Of a DNA stretch of 64,000 nt, positions 18,367-27,422 are shown one piece after another (within the stretch, counting starts at the first letter, position 1; each line of letters starts with the position of its first letter). The notes below the pieces were generated by a model. It made no database searches and was not told the origin of the DNA. It saw only the letters and a program-made list of their open reading frames with translations. Source of the DNA: Planctomycetota bacterium (GTDB lineage: Bacteria > Planctomycetota > UBA8108 > UBA1146); NCBI GenBank assembly GCA_032128395.1, contig JAQBGV010000071.1, positions 7,303 through 71,302 of the forward strand. Direction: 5' to 3'. The position numbers were made by a program, and so were the translations under genes.

Positions 18367-18568
18367 GGACGTCAAGGGCCGCTATCGCAGAAAGACGCCG
18401 CTTTCACAGAAAACCGCGATCACGAGCAACAGAGTGGGGCGGGTCGCCTCGACCCTGTTCCTGCGCCGGATTATAACGATGATCGGCATCGGGCCAAGGA
18501 AATCCTCACCCCCAGCCTGAGACTCCCGTGCCGGGGGCCATCTCCCGGCGAGCTTCCCGGAGGAGGCG

Positions 18569-19993
18569 ATGAATTTCGACCCCCCCTGGGTGACGGTCCT
18601 GCCGTCCCCGGACTCGCTGAATCAGTTCCTCTCCGACCCCGACGAGCGGGGTGCGGCGGGAGGGGTCGAGCTACGGCTCGATCTCTGGCCCGAGCCCCCC
18701 AGCTGGGGAACTCTCGCCGGAATCCCCGTCCCCGTGATCGTCACCTGGAAACGCGCCGATCACCGAGAGCCGGAGCGCCTTCGGTATCTCCGTGAGCTTC
18801 TCTCGGGGAAGGGCGGGGAGCTCTGGCTCGACTTCGACGCCGAGGATCCGCCTGTCCAGCGCGGTCTCTCGCTCACCGTACCGCGCCCCCCCGGAGTCCG
18901 CATCTTGCTGAGCAGGCACCTCACTCGATCGATGACGGACGCCGCACTCCGCGGGGCCGGGCGGGACCTTCTCCGTCCCGGGGTCGACGCCGTGAAGCTG
19001 GTCCTCGCCGATTCGGGTGCAGCGGGCACCGCTCAGGCGCTGCGCCTCGCCACCGAGCTCGCCTCGGACGGGCGCCCCATCATCATCTTCTGCGCTGGGA
19101 TCGAAGGTACCGCCTCCCGGCTGATCGCAGTCTCTCAGGGGCAACCGTGGGGCTACGGTCGACTGCGACAGGGCCCCTCGGTGGCGGCGGGGCAGCCGGC
19201 GGTCGCAGACATCCAGTCGCGGTACGGTGGGGGACTCCGCTCGGGTGAACCCTTCTTCGCGGTGATCGGGCGCGATGTCTCTCGCTCCCTCTCCCCGGGT
19301 TTTCACCATCGCGCGCTCGCCAAGACGAAGCGACGGGAGCGGTGGGCCGACCTCTCGCTCGATGATCCCGAAGCACTCCTAGAGCCCCATCTCTTGCCGC
19401 CGCTCCCACCCGACGCGCTCGCGGTGACCGCACCCTTCAAGCTCTGGGCGCGACGCCAGGGCCGAGCCGGAGCTCCCGGAGAGGAGCGGCATCCCGCTTG
19501 GAACACGCTGCTCCGCGGGGAGCGCGGATTCACGGGATGGAATACCGATGTCCCAGCCCTGATCGAAAGACTCGATTCGAGTGCAGCCGCGAGCGATGCA
19601 CCGACCCTGATCCTCGGCGCGGGCGGTACCGCACAGCCGATCGCTCTCGAGCTCTCCCGGCGAGGTACACCGGTGTGGATCCTGCGAAGGGGAACGGGAC
19701 CGCTGCCGCCTGCGCTCGCCGAGGCGTACGTGGTCGAGGTCGGTCCCGATGCGATCGCGGACGCGACGATCCTGATCAACGCCACCGGCGCCGGCGCGAC
19801 CGACGCGGATCGCCTCTCCTGGCCGATCGAGGACTTTCGAGGCGAGCTCGCCATCGAATACTGCTACGCGCCTCGGGTGACCGACTTCCTGCACCGAGCG
19901 ACGGCCGCCGGGGCGAGCGCGATCGACGGGGTGGAACTCTTCGCAGCCCAAGCGCGAAGGCAGGCCGAGATCCTCTCTCCGGCATCCGGATGA
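18569..19993 (+). CDS. bifunctional 3-dehydroquinate dehydratase (type I) / shikimate 5-dehydrogenase
   Basis: The N-terminal half has GVELRLD and the Schiff-base lysine context GVDAVKLV of type I DHQase. The C-terminal half has NTLLRG, GWNTDVPAL, LILGAGGTAQPIALEL and LINATGAG of AroE. RBS GGAGGAGG precedes the ATG. Confidence 0.8.
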   Translation: MNFDPPWVTVLPSPDSLNQFLSDPDERGAAGGVELRLDLWPEPPSWGTLAGIPVPVIVTWKRADHREPERLRYLRELLSGKGGELWLDFDAEDPPVQRGLSLTVPRPPGVRILLSRHLTRSMTDAALRGAGRDLLRPGVDAVKLVLADSGAAGTAQALRLATELASDGRPIIIFCAGIEGTASRLIAVSQGQPWGYGRLRQGPSVAAGQPAVADIQSRYGGGLRSGEPFFAVIGRDVSRSLSPGFHHRALAKTKRRERWADLSLDDPEALLEPHLLPPLPPDALAVTAPFKLWARRQGRAGAPGEERHPAWNTLLRGERGFTGWNTDVPALIERLDSSAAASDAPTLILGAGGTAQPIALELSRRGTPVWILRRGTGPLPPALAEAYVVEVGPDAIADATILINATGAGATDADRLSWPIEDFRGELAIEYCYAPRVTDFLHRATAAGASAIDGVELFAAQARRQAEILSPASG

Positions 19994-20070
19994 CGGAGAG
20001 CGAAGCGCAGCGGATCGCCGAAGAGGCGCTCATCGAGCTCCTGCGTAACCGGCCCGAGGGGGTCGAGTGA
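19990..20070 (+). CDS. 26-codon acidic micro-ORF (MTESEAQRIAEEALIELLRNRPEGVE), hypothetical
   Basis: ATG overlaps the aroDE stop (ATGA) and its stop overlaps the ATP-grasp GTG (GTGA). 23 of 26 third codon positions are G/C. No recognised family and no own SD. Confidence 0.3.
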   Translation: MTESEAQRIAEEALIELLRNRPEGVE

Positions 20071-20933
20071 CGAGCGGGGGGAGAAGGCGAATCGGGCTCG
20101 TCACGTGCCGGGGCCTTCCCGAACCGGACCCGGATCAAGAGCTGCTGATCGCGGCCCTCATCGAGGCGGGGGCCGAGCCAGGGCTGCTCGCCTGGGATGA
20201 TCCGGAGGCGCGGCCCGCTTCCTTCGATGTCTGCGTCCTTCGCTCCTGCTGGAACTACATGGAGCGTCCCGCGGCTTTCGAAGAGTGGCTCTCGCGTGCC
20301 GCGGCCGAGAGTTCGCTCTGGAACCCCTTGCCGATCCTTCGGTGGAATCTGAGAAAGACCTATCTTCGGCAGCTCGAACGACAGGGAATCCCGACGATTC
20401 CCACCCGCTGGGTGGAACGCGGCACGGCGGTCGACCTCGCTCGCGTCATCGAGGGAACCGACTGGCCCGAGATCGTGATCAAGCCGATCGTCTCCGCCGG
20501 CTCCTACCAGACGCGGAGATTCATGACCTCCGATCTGGATGAGGCCTGCGCGTTCCTCGCCGCGGGGGTGCTCGAGCGCGGCTGGATGGTGCAGTGCTAT
20601 CTCCCTATGGTGGAGGAGCACGGAGAGCGCGCGATCGTGGTGATCGATGGAGAGATCACGCACTCGGTGCGCAAGTCGCCACGGTTCGCCGGCGACGCGG
20701 AGCGAGTCTCCGACGCGATCGACCCGTCCCCGGACGAACGGATGTTCGCCGGGCGGGTGCTCGACGCGGTAGGGGAGTCGCTCCTCTATGGCCGCGTCGA
20801 CGTGATTCGGGATGGAGATGGGTCCCCTCGACTCGCCGAGCTCGAGTTGTTGGAGCCCAGTCTGTACCTCCGGCAGTTCCCCCCGGCACTGGATCGTTTC
20901 GTCGCTGCGATCCTGGCGCGCATCCCGCAGTGA
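20067..20933 (+). CDS. ATP-grasp domain protein (RimK/glutathione-synthetase-like ligase of unknown substrate)
   Basis: 288 aa. GTG preceded by GAGGGGG. IGLVTCRGLPEPDPDQELL...WDDP...VLRSCWNY N-terminal pattern, IVIKPIVSAG (ATP lysine) and ELELLEPSLYL (Mg ligands). Confidence 0.7.
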   Translation: MTSGGRRRIGLVTCRGLPEPDPDQELLIAALIEAGAEPGLLAWDDPEARPASFDVCVLRSCWNYMERPAAFEEWLSRAAAESSLWNPLPILRWNLRKTYLRQLERQGIPTIPTRWVERGTAVDLARVIEGTDWPEIVIKPIVSAGSYQTRRFMTSDLDEACAFLAAGVLERGWMVQCYLPMVEEHGERAIVVIDGEITHSVRKSPRFAGDAERVSDAIDPSPDERMFAGRVLDAVGESLLYGRVDVIRDGDGSPRLAELELLEPSLYLRQFPPALDRFVAAILARIPQ

Positions 20934-21685
20934 GTGACGACACCCCCGTCCCGATCCCCGCTGTCCCGATCCTCGTCATCGGCTGCTCCGACGGAATCGG
21001 GCTGGCGGCGGTGAAGATGCTCCTGGATCGGAATGAAGAGGTCATCGGGGTCAGTCGCAGTGCGGTGGAGATCGAGCATCCTCGGTACCGGCACTTCGTT
21101 CTCGACGTGACGAGCCCGGAGTACCCCGAGCTCCTCCAGTTGATCCTCGCGGAACAGCCAGACCTTCGAACCGTCGTTCACTGCGCCGGAGTCGGAAGCG
21201 GGTTCGATCCGCGGGACTTCTCCGGAGAACTCGCCTGCTTCCGAACGAATCTCCACTCCGTCGCAGAGACCGCGGCCGCGTTCGTCCCGGCTTGGATCCA
21301 GGGTGGCCGCGGGGGGCATCTCGTCGCACTTTCGAGCCTCGCGGACCATCTGATCATCTCGGACTCCCCGAGCTACTCCGCGTCGAAGGCGGGCCTGAGT
21401 TCGTATCTTCGGGGCCTCGGACTGGCATTGCGGGTCGAGGGTATCGCGATCACGAACGTACGCTTCGGATTCGTCGACACGAAGATGGGGAAGGCGAAAG
21501 TGCGCCCGTTCCTGATCACGGCGGAGCGCGCAGCCCGGGTGGTCCTCCGCTCCCTCGAGACCCGGGTTCCCGTCGTGAGCTACCCATGGGCCGCCTCCTG
21601 GGGTTCGGCGGCTGTCCATTCCTTCCAGGGGATCGCTCTTCGGATCGGGGGGCTAGTTCGGCGGGGGCCGCCACGCGGAGGCTGA
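20930..21685 (+). CDS. short-chain dehydrogenase/reductase (SDR)
   Basis: GTG 20930 overlaps the ATP-grasp stop (GTGA). Carries VIGCSDGIGLA (Rossmann), HCAGVG and YSASKAG (YxxxK). Confidence 0.8.
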   Translation: MSDDTPVPIPAVPILVIGCSDGIGLAAVKMLLDRNEEVIGVSRSAVEIEHPRYRHFVLDVTSPEYPELLQLILAEQPDLRTVVHCAGVGSGFDPRDFSGELACFRTNLHSVAETAAAFVPAWIQGGRGGHLVALSSLADHLIISDSPSYSASKAGLSSYLRGLGLALRVEGIAITNVRFGFVDTKMGKAKVRPFLITAERAARVVLRSLETRVPVVSYPWAASWGSAAVHSFQGIALRIGGLVRRGPPRGG

Positions 21686-21949
21686 GCCCCAGAGTTCTGC
21701 GACCGCTTCCAGCAGCAAGGACCCTCGCGTGCGGAACCCCGTTCCCTGCCCGGGTTTCCGTCTCATCCTCGACGCATCATAATATACCTTATCGGAACAT
21801 GGAAAAACCGAAGGGGACTCACGCCTCACCGCGTAGACTCTCCGGCCGCGCCAGCGGACCCCCGGCGGCTCTGGGTCCAGCGCTGCAAGAGACGCGAACC
21901 CACCCGCGTGGCGTCCGTTCGTCACGGTAGTGCACAGGACTGAAGGTCG

Positions 21950-23227
21950 ATGTCTCGAACCGAGTCGATGGGATGGGCACGTCGTGCGCGGAATTGGTTC
22001 CTTTGGAGCCTCCTCGTCGGTGTGACCGCGCTCGGGACCCACGAGTTCTGCTGGTACCCGACGTACACCTTCCCACCGGCGCAACCGTTCTTCGGGGATC
22101 GTTGGTACAATCCGTACGCAACCTCGGGTGAACTCCGCCTGCGTGCCTGCTTCCATGCGCACAGTCGCACTCTCGGTGGGATTACCAACGCGTCCAGTTC
22201 GCTCGAAGAGCTGCACGCGGTCTATCGCGGGTTCCACACCGATCTGATCGGAGTCTCCGACTACCAACGGATCCGCCCGGCGCTTCCCGAGGATGACGGA
22301 CTGGTCTACCTCCCCGTCTACGAGCACGGCTACGGATTCGGGGGACAGCACCAGACCGTGATCGGGGCGGAACGAGTGCGCTGGACCGACTACATGTTCG
22401 GACAGAACACTCATCAGATGCAGAGCGTGATCGACACGCTCCGGTCCGACGGCTCCCTGGTGATCCTGAACCACCCGAACAAGGCGCAGGGATACTCTCT
22501 CGACGCTCTCACTCAGTTGACCGGCGCGCTCGGGATCGAGATCCAGTCGCGTTACGCCAAAGGGACGGTCCATTGGGATCACGCCCTCTCCCTCGGGCGC
22601 CCGCTGTGGGGGTTCTGCTCCGACGACTCCCATGACCTCGCACGAAGCTGGCACATCGGATCGGGTTGGGTGGAGATCGACGTGGACACCCGAACTCCCG
22701 AGGCGGTCCTCGAAGCCCTCCGGATCGGCCGATTCACATCGATCTGGGCGAAGAGTAGAGGGGCCGCGAATCGCCTCCGCAGCCTGCGGGTCGAAGGCGA
22801 TCAGGTCGTCGTCTCGTTCGTCCGGCCGGTCGAGTGGATCCACGTGATCGGCCAGGGGGGAGAGATCCGAAGCATGTCGCGGGGAGTGGACACGCTCTCG
22901 GTTCCGCTGAGGGATGACGACACCTACATCCGGTTCCGTGCGATGAACGACAACACGTACCTCAACACGAACCCGGTGTTTCGATATTCGGGGGACGACC
23001 CTCTCGCGCCCCCCCCCGCGACGATCGCCGCGGGGCCGACGGCGATTCGACGGACGCTGGGAGTGCTCTGGGGACTCGGCGTGCTGGCGCTCGGCTTCGC
23101 GCTAGGCCGGGAACACCGGCTGCGCGCTCGCAAGCGGTCAGCGATCGGGGCGGATCGGTCGAAACACGACGTAACCATTGAATCGGCCGATGACGTCGAC
23201 TTCCCCGTACTTCAGGACTCGGTCTAG
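21950..23227 (+). CDS. membrane-anchored PHP-like metal-dependent phosphoesterase
   Basis: N-terminal TM (WFLWSLLVGVTALG), FHAHS, VSDY, ILNHP and CSDDSHD motifs, and a C-terminal TM (LGVLWGLGVLALGFAL). The start could be the internal ATG at 21968. Confidence 0.6.
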   Translation: MSRTESMGWARRARNWFLWSLLVGVTALGTHEFCWYPTYTFPPAQPFFGDRWYNPYATSGELRLRACFHAHSRTLGGITNASSSLEELHAVYRGFHTDLIGVSDYQRIRPALPEDDGLVYLPVYEHGYGFGGQHQTVIGAERVRWTDYMFGQNTHQMQSVIDTLRSDGSLVILNHPNKAQGYSLDALTQLTGALGIEIQSRYAKGTVHWDHALSLGRPLWGFCSDDSHDLARSWHIGSGWVEIDVDTRTPEAVLEALRIGRFTSIWAKSRGAANRLRSLRVEGDQVVVSFVRPVEWIHVIGQGGEIRSMSRGVDTLSVPLRDDDTYIRFRAMNDNTYLNTNPVFRYSGDDPLAPPPATIAAGPTAIRRTLGVLWGLGVLALGFALGREHRLRARKRSAIGADRSKHDVTIESADDVDFPVLQDSV

Positions 23228-24841
23228 GTCTTCTTCGGTGGCGATCGCGACGCGCTCGAATGATTCCCCGAAGAGCGCTGCGAGCTGCGCTTCGTCGCGA
23301 CGACTGCGGTACTCCGTCCGGCGGCCGGTGACGTAGCGCACGCTCGGTTTTTGGCGGATCCCGACGAGCAAGATCGGCTCTCCCGCGGGCAGCGTCGCAT
23401 CCGCAGCGAGCGCAGCCGCTCGGAGTGGTGCACCGGTGGCGTCGTCGTAGATCGGCAGCAGCCAGCAGCCGAGGATCAGCAGGAACGCGGCAATACTCGC
23501 TGCCGGTATCGTGAAGAGCCGGTCGGTCTGTCCGTTCCTCCGCGCGCGCCACAACTGGATCCCACCGGCGGCGAGCACCACGGCAGCGACGAACGACACG
23601 ATGCCGAGATGGATCGGCTCGAGAAGTCCCGGCTCCTTGCGAATGGCCTCGCCGAGGAAACGAGGGAGCTCGGCGACGACGATCGGGAGCGCGGCGAAGA
23701 TGGCGGCGAATCCGAGGAGCAATCCACTCGTCACCGCCGCGGCACGTCGATCCCCGCGGGTGGGATCCCCCCCCCACCGCGCATCCCATGCCTCCCCCAC
23801 CGCGATCGCGAGGGCGGGGAGGATCGGAGCGACGTAGTTCGGGAGCTTCGTCGCCGCCAGGGAGAAGAGCAGCAGCGTCCATCCCGCGAAGATCAGGTAG
23901 AGCCGCACGAACGCCGCACGTTCGCCGGTGCTCTCGCGTCGCAACGCGCGACCCAGTGCGAGCACGGCGAACGGACTCCACGGGAGAAAGCCGACGAGCA
24001 GCACCGGGAGGTAGAAGAAGATCGGCCCCGAGTGCCCTTGCATCGGCTTCGCGAATCGCCCGACGTGGTGCTCCCAGAAGAGTTCTCGCATGAACGCGAA
24101 GCCCCTCTCCTCGGTCACCCCGAGCGCGACGTACCACGAAAACCCGACTCCGAGGAGGATCGCTGCCCCGGGGATGAACCATTTCGGCGACAGGAGCGGC
24201 CGCGCCCGTCGTTCGATGACCTGCAGTGTGATCGCCGCGGCCGCGGGCAGCACGAACCCGATCGCGCCCTTGGTCAGAGTCGCCAGACCTCCGAAGAAGC
24301 ACGCGAGCCAGAAGATGGAGTGGCCGCCGCCGTCCCGGTCGAAGCGTACTCTTGCGCGGTGGAAGCACCCGAGGCAAAGGACGAACCAGAGCGAGAGGAA
24401 GGTGTCGGTCAAGGTCACGCGGGCGAGGGCGAAGAACTCGAGCGAGGTGCCGAGAGCGATCGTCGCGATCCACGCCCCGCGCTCCCCGAATGGCCGACGA
24501 GAGAAACCGAACACCGCGGCGAGGATGCCGAGGGCGGCGAGCGCGTTGAAGAACCGGGCCCCCCACGGTCCGACGCCGAAGAGGTGGTAACCGGCGATCT
24601 GGGCCCAGTAGACGAGGGGCGGTTTCTCGAAGAACGGCTCTTCGTTCAGGGTCGGGGCGAGCCATTCTCCCGAAACATGCATCGCACGGGAGACCTCCGC
24701 GTAACACGCCTCGTCGTAGTCGATGACCCCGGTCGCGCCGAGATGGAGAAGGAAGAGCGCCGCGAAGACCGCGAAGAGTCCGCAGCGCGCGACAACGAGG
24801 CGTGAGGAATTCGGGCCGTGGGGCGTGCTGAACGAGCCCAC
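23138..24841 (-). CDS. ArnT/PMT-like glycosyltransferase (GT39/GT83 type, lipid-linked sugar donor)
   Basis: DYDEACYAEVSRAM, EKPPLVYW and many TM helices. Start is uncertain: GTG 24841 has GAAGGGGA 4-5 nt upstream, with alternatives GTG 24856 and 24895. The track ORF to 25189 runs into the upstream ALDH gene. Confidence 0.75.
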   Translation of the reverse strand: MGSFSTPHGPNSSRLVVARCGLFAVFAALFLLHLGATGVIDYDEACYAEVSRAMHVSGEWLAPTLNEEPFFEKPPLVYWAQIAGYHLFGVGPWGARFFNALAALGILAAVFGFSRRPFGERGAWIATIALGTSLEFFALARVTLTDTFLSLWFVLCLGCFHRARVRFDRDGGGHSIFWLACFFGGLATLTKGAIGFVLPAAAAITLQVIERRARPLLSPKWFIPGAAILLGVGFSWYVALGVTEERGFAFMRELFWEHHVGRFAKPMQGHSGPIFFYLPVLLVGFLPWSPFAVLALGRALRRESTGERAAFVRLYLIFAGWTLLLFSLAATKLPNYVAPILPALAIAVGEAWDARWGGDPTRGDRRAAAVTSGLLLGFAAIFAALPIVVAELPRFLGEAIRKEPGLLEPIHLGIVSFVAAVVLAAGGIQLWRARRNGQTDRLFTIPAASIAAFLLILGCWLLPIYDDATGAPLRAAALAADATLPAGEPILLVGIRQKPSVRYVTGRRTEYRSRRDEAQLAALFGESFERVAIATEEDLDRVLKYGEVDVIGRFNGYVVFRPIRPDR

Positions 24842-25028
24842 GGGCTCCCCTTCCACCGCGATGTCTGCGGAAATGACGACGCGATCATGATACACCCGAG
24901 CGCGTTCGCCAACCGCGATTCGGGTCGCAGGCTGATGCTTCGAAGCGGTGGACGCTACGGAAATCCGTGGATTTTTGACCACCGATCGAGGAAGCGATCG
25001 TCGACCTGAGGCTCCCGTGGGCGGTCGA

Positions 25029-27413
25029 CTACACCCCGTGCGGCAACCAGAGATTCTTGACGCGGGTCGCGTGGCGGAGGAGTTCTTCGTCGCGGGCGCG
25101 CAGCAGCGTCGGATCGAACCCGACCGGACACCAGGTTCGTTTGAGGTTGCCGGCGGAGAGAGTCTCCACCTCCTGTGCGTGGTCCGCACTCCCCGCGTAC
25201 CACAGCATGTCGACCCCGTCGTGGCCGGCGAGGGTCGGCACCATCTCCTCGTGGATCCCAGTGACGATGTTGATCACTCCAGCCGGGATGTCCGAAGTCT
25301 CGAGGACCTGGATCAGATCGGTCGCGGCGAGGGGCGCGGACTCACTCGGGAGGACGACCACGGGGTTGCCGGCGGCGACCAGGGGCGAGATCAGCGAAAC
25401 GAGTCCGAGGAGCGGCCACCGCTCGGGGCAGACCACTCCTACCACTCCCACCGGCTCGTTCAGCGCGAGGACGAGCCCTCGAATCGGTACCTCGTGCACC
25501 GCTCCGTCGTGCTTGTCTGCGTACGAACCCCAGTACGCGATCCGATCGACCGCTTCCGCGACTTCCGCCCGCGCTGCGTCACTGCCACCGCCGGTCATCG
25601 CCGCGATTCGCGCCGCGATTTCACCCGCGCGCGGTGCTAGGTTCTCGGCCAGGTACCAGAGGATCTGCGATCTGAGGTGAGCCGAGGCGGCCCCCCACCC
25701 CCGCGCGCGGTTCGCGGCTTCGACCGCGTTTCGGATGTCCTTGCGGTTCCCCCGGGCGACGCGCTCCAGGGGGCGGCCATCGGTATCGAGGATCTCGAGC
25801 GAGTACCCACCATCGGGACGGGCCTGCTTCCCGCCGATGAAGTGCTTCGCGGTGCGATCGATCGAAGCGGATGCGAGCGCCGGCCCCTTCCCCTCGGCCG
25901 TTCTCGGAGCCTTCGCACGGCCCGCGGCGATCGGCGGAGGCCAGCCCTGCGAAGGGCGCAGGTACGCGCGCAGTCCCTCGAGCCCTCCCTCTCGGCCGTA
26001 CCCCGACTCGCGCACCCCGCCGAAGCCGGCAGCGGCGTCGAAGAGGTTCGTCGAGTTCACCCAGACGGTACCGGCGTGGATCGCGCGCGAGACGTGGAGC
26101 GCGGTGTCGAGATCCTGGGTCCAGACGCTTGCCGCGAGTCCGTAGCGGGTGTGGTTCGAGAGCTCGATCGCTTCGGCCGGGGTGCGGAAGGTCATCGAGA
26201 CCAGCACGGGGCCGAACACCTCCTCCTGTGCGATGCGGGACGCGGGACTGACGTTCGGAAAGAGGGTGGGGGGGAACCAGAACCCCTGGTCGGGGAGCTC
26301 CAGGTCCGCCTGGATGCACTCGTTCCCCTCGGCCTTCGCCGCTTCACAGATGGACCGTACGTTGTTGAGGTGCTCCTCCTCGACCATCGCGCCGAGGTCG
26401 ACGGCCTTGTCGAGCGGATTGCCGACCCGGAGTCGTCCCATCCGGGAGACCACCTTGGTGTGGAACCGCTCCGCGACCGACTCTTCGACGAGCAGCCGGC
26501 TCCCGGCACAACAGACCTGCCCCTGGTTGAACCAGATCGCGTCGACCAGCCCTTCGACCGCCGAATCGAGGTCGGCATCTTCGAAGACGACGTAGGGGCT
26601 CTTGCCGCCGAGCTCGAGGGTCAGTCCCTTGCCGCTTCCCGCGATCTGCTTGCGGATCGTGCGGCCCACCTCGGTCGACCCGGTGAACGCGACCTTGTCG
26701 ACCCCGGGGTGACCGACGAGTGCGGCCCCGGTTCGGCCGTCTCCGGTGACGACGTTGAAGACCCCCGGGGGCAGCCCGACTTCCTCGCAGAGTTCGGCGA
26801 AGAGGAGCGCGGTCAGGGAGGTCCATTCCGCGGGTTTCAGGACCACCGTGTTTCCCGCCGCGAGCGCGGGAGCGGCCTTCCACGCGAGCATCAGGAGCGG
26901 GAAGTTCCACGGGATCACCTGGCCGCAGACCCCCCACGGTTCTTGGTCGGGGAGGCGTTCGTCGACGAGTCGAGCCCACCCTGCATGGTGATGGAAGTGG
27001 CGCGCGACCAGGGGGATGTCGAGGTCGCGGGTCTCGCGGATCGGTTTGCCGTTGTCGATCGTCTCGAGGGTCGCGAAGAGCCGGGCATTCCGCTGGATCC
27101 CCCGTCCGATCGCGTAGAGGAAGCGCGCGCGTCCGGCTCCGCCGAGTGCCCGCCACGCCGGTTGCGCCTTGCGCGCGGCCAGCACCGCGCTGTCGACCGA
27201 CTCCGCGCTCGCTTGAGTGATCAACGCCAACGTCTCACCGGTCGCCGGGTTCCGCGACGGGAACGTGTCGGCTCCCACCGGGCGCACTCGTTCTCCGCCG
27301 ATGAAGAGCGGCGCCGTTTCCCCGAGCCCATCGATCCACGCCCGCGCGTCGGTGTTGGATTCCGGGGCGGGACCCCACTCGAGGCTCTCGTAGATGGACT
27401 TGGCGTCGCTCAC
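25029..27413 (-). CDS. two-domain aldehyde dehydrogenase (ALDH16-like: full catalytic ALDH + truncated ALDH-like C-terminal domain)
   Basis: 794 aa. Domain 1 has FPLLMLAWKAAPALAAGNTVVLKPAE, ELGGKSP and QGQVCCAGSR (catalytic Glu and Cys). Residues about 520-794 repeat the ALDH N-terminal/NAD fold (HFIGGK, EPVGVVGVVCPERWPLL, AGNPVVVLPSE) but end shortly after NLKRTW with no Cys loop. Confidence 0.8.
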   Translation of the reverse strand: MSDAKSIYESLEWGPAPESNTDARAWIDGLGETAPLFIGGERVRPVGADTFPSRNPATGETLALITQASAESVDSAVLAARKAQPAWRALGGAGRARFLYAIGRGIQRNARLFATLETIDNGKPIRETRDLDIPLVARHFHHHAGWARLVDERLPDQEPWGVCGQVIPWNFPLLMLAWKAAPALAAGNTVVLKPAEWTSLTALLFAELCEEVGLPPGVFNVVTGDGRTGAALVGHPGVDKVAFTGSTEVGRTIRKQIAGSGKGLTLELGGKSPYVVFEDADLDSAVEGLVDAIWFNQGQVCCAGSRLLVEESVAERFHTKVVSRMGRLRVGNPLDKAVDLGAMVEEEHLNNVRSICEAAKAEGNECIQADLELPDQGFWFPPTLFPNVSPASRIAQEEVFGPVLVSMTFRTPAEAIELSNHTRYGLAASVWTQDLDTALHVSRAIHAGTVWVNSTNLFDAAAGFGGVRESGYGREGGLEGLRAYLRPSQGWPPPIAAGRAKAPRTAEGKGPALASASIDRTAKHFIGGKQARPDGGYSLEILDTDGRPLERVARGNRKDIRNAVEAANRARGWGAASAHLRSQILWYLAENLAPRAGEIAARIAAMTGGGSDAARAEVAEAVDRIAYWGSYADKHDGAVHEVPIRGLVLALNEPVGVVGVVCPERWPLLGLVSLISPLVAAGNPVVVLPSESAPLAATDLIQVLETSDIPAGVINIVTGIHEEMVPTLAGHDGVDMLWYAGSADHAQEVETLSAGNLKRTWCPVGFDPTLLRARDEELLRHATRVKNLWLPHGV

Positions 27414-27422
27414 AGCGCGCTC

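Noticed and set aside
18080-18435. CRISPR-like array.
   Set aside because: The repeats are 16-17 bp and directly abutting, with no spacers of about 30 bp, and no cas genes are in the window.
17713-18795. 360-aa ORF spanning the rho/aroDE intergenic region, plus several 80-120-aa ORFs on both strands there.
   Set aside because: The translation is Arg/Ser/Pro low-complexity and runs into aroDE out of frame. The region has lower GC and tandem repeats, so I treated it as non-coding.
22962-24707. 581-aa ORF on the minus strand overlapping the glycosyltransferase in another frame.
   Set aside because: The sequence is Arg/Pro/Gly-rich nonsense. The co-located frame (23138-24841) carries the ArnT/PMT motifs and TM helices.
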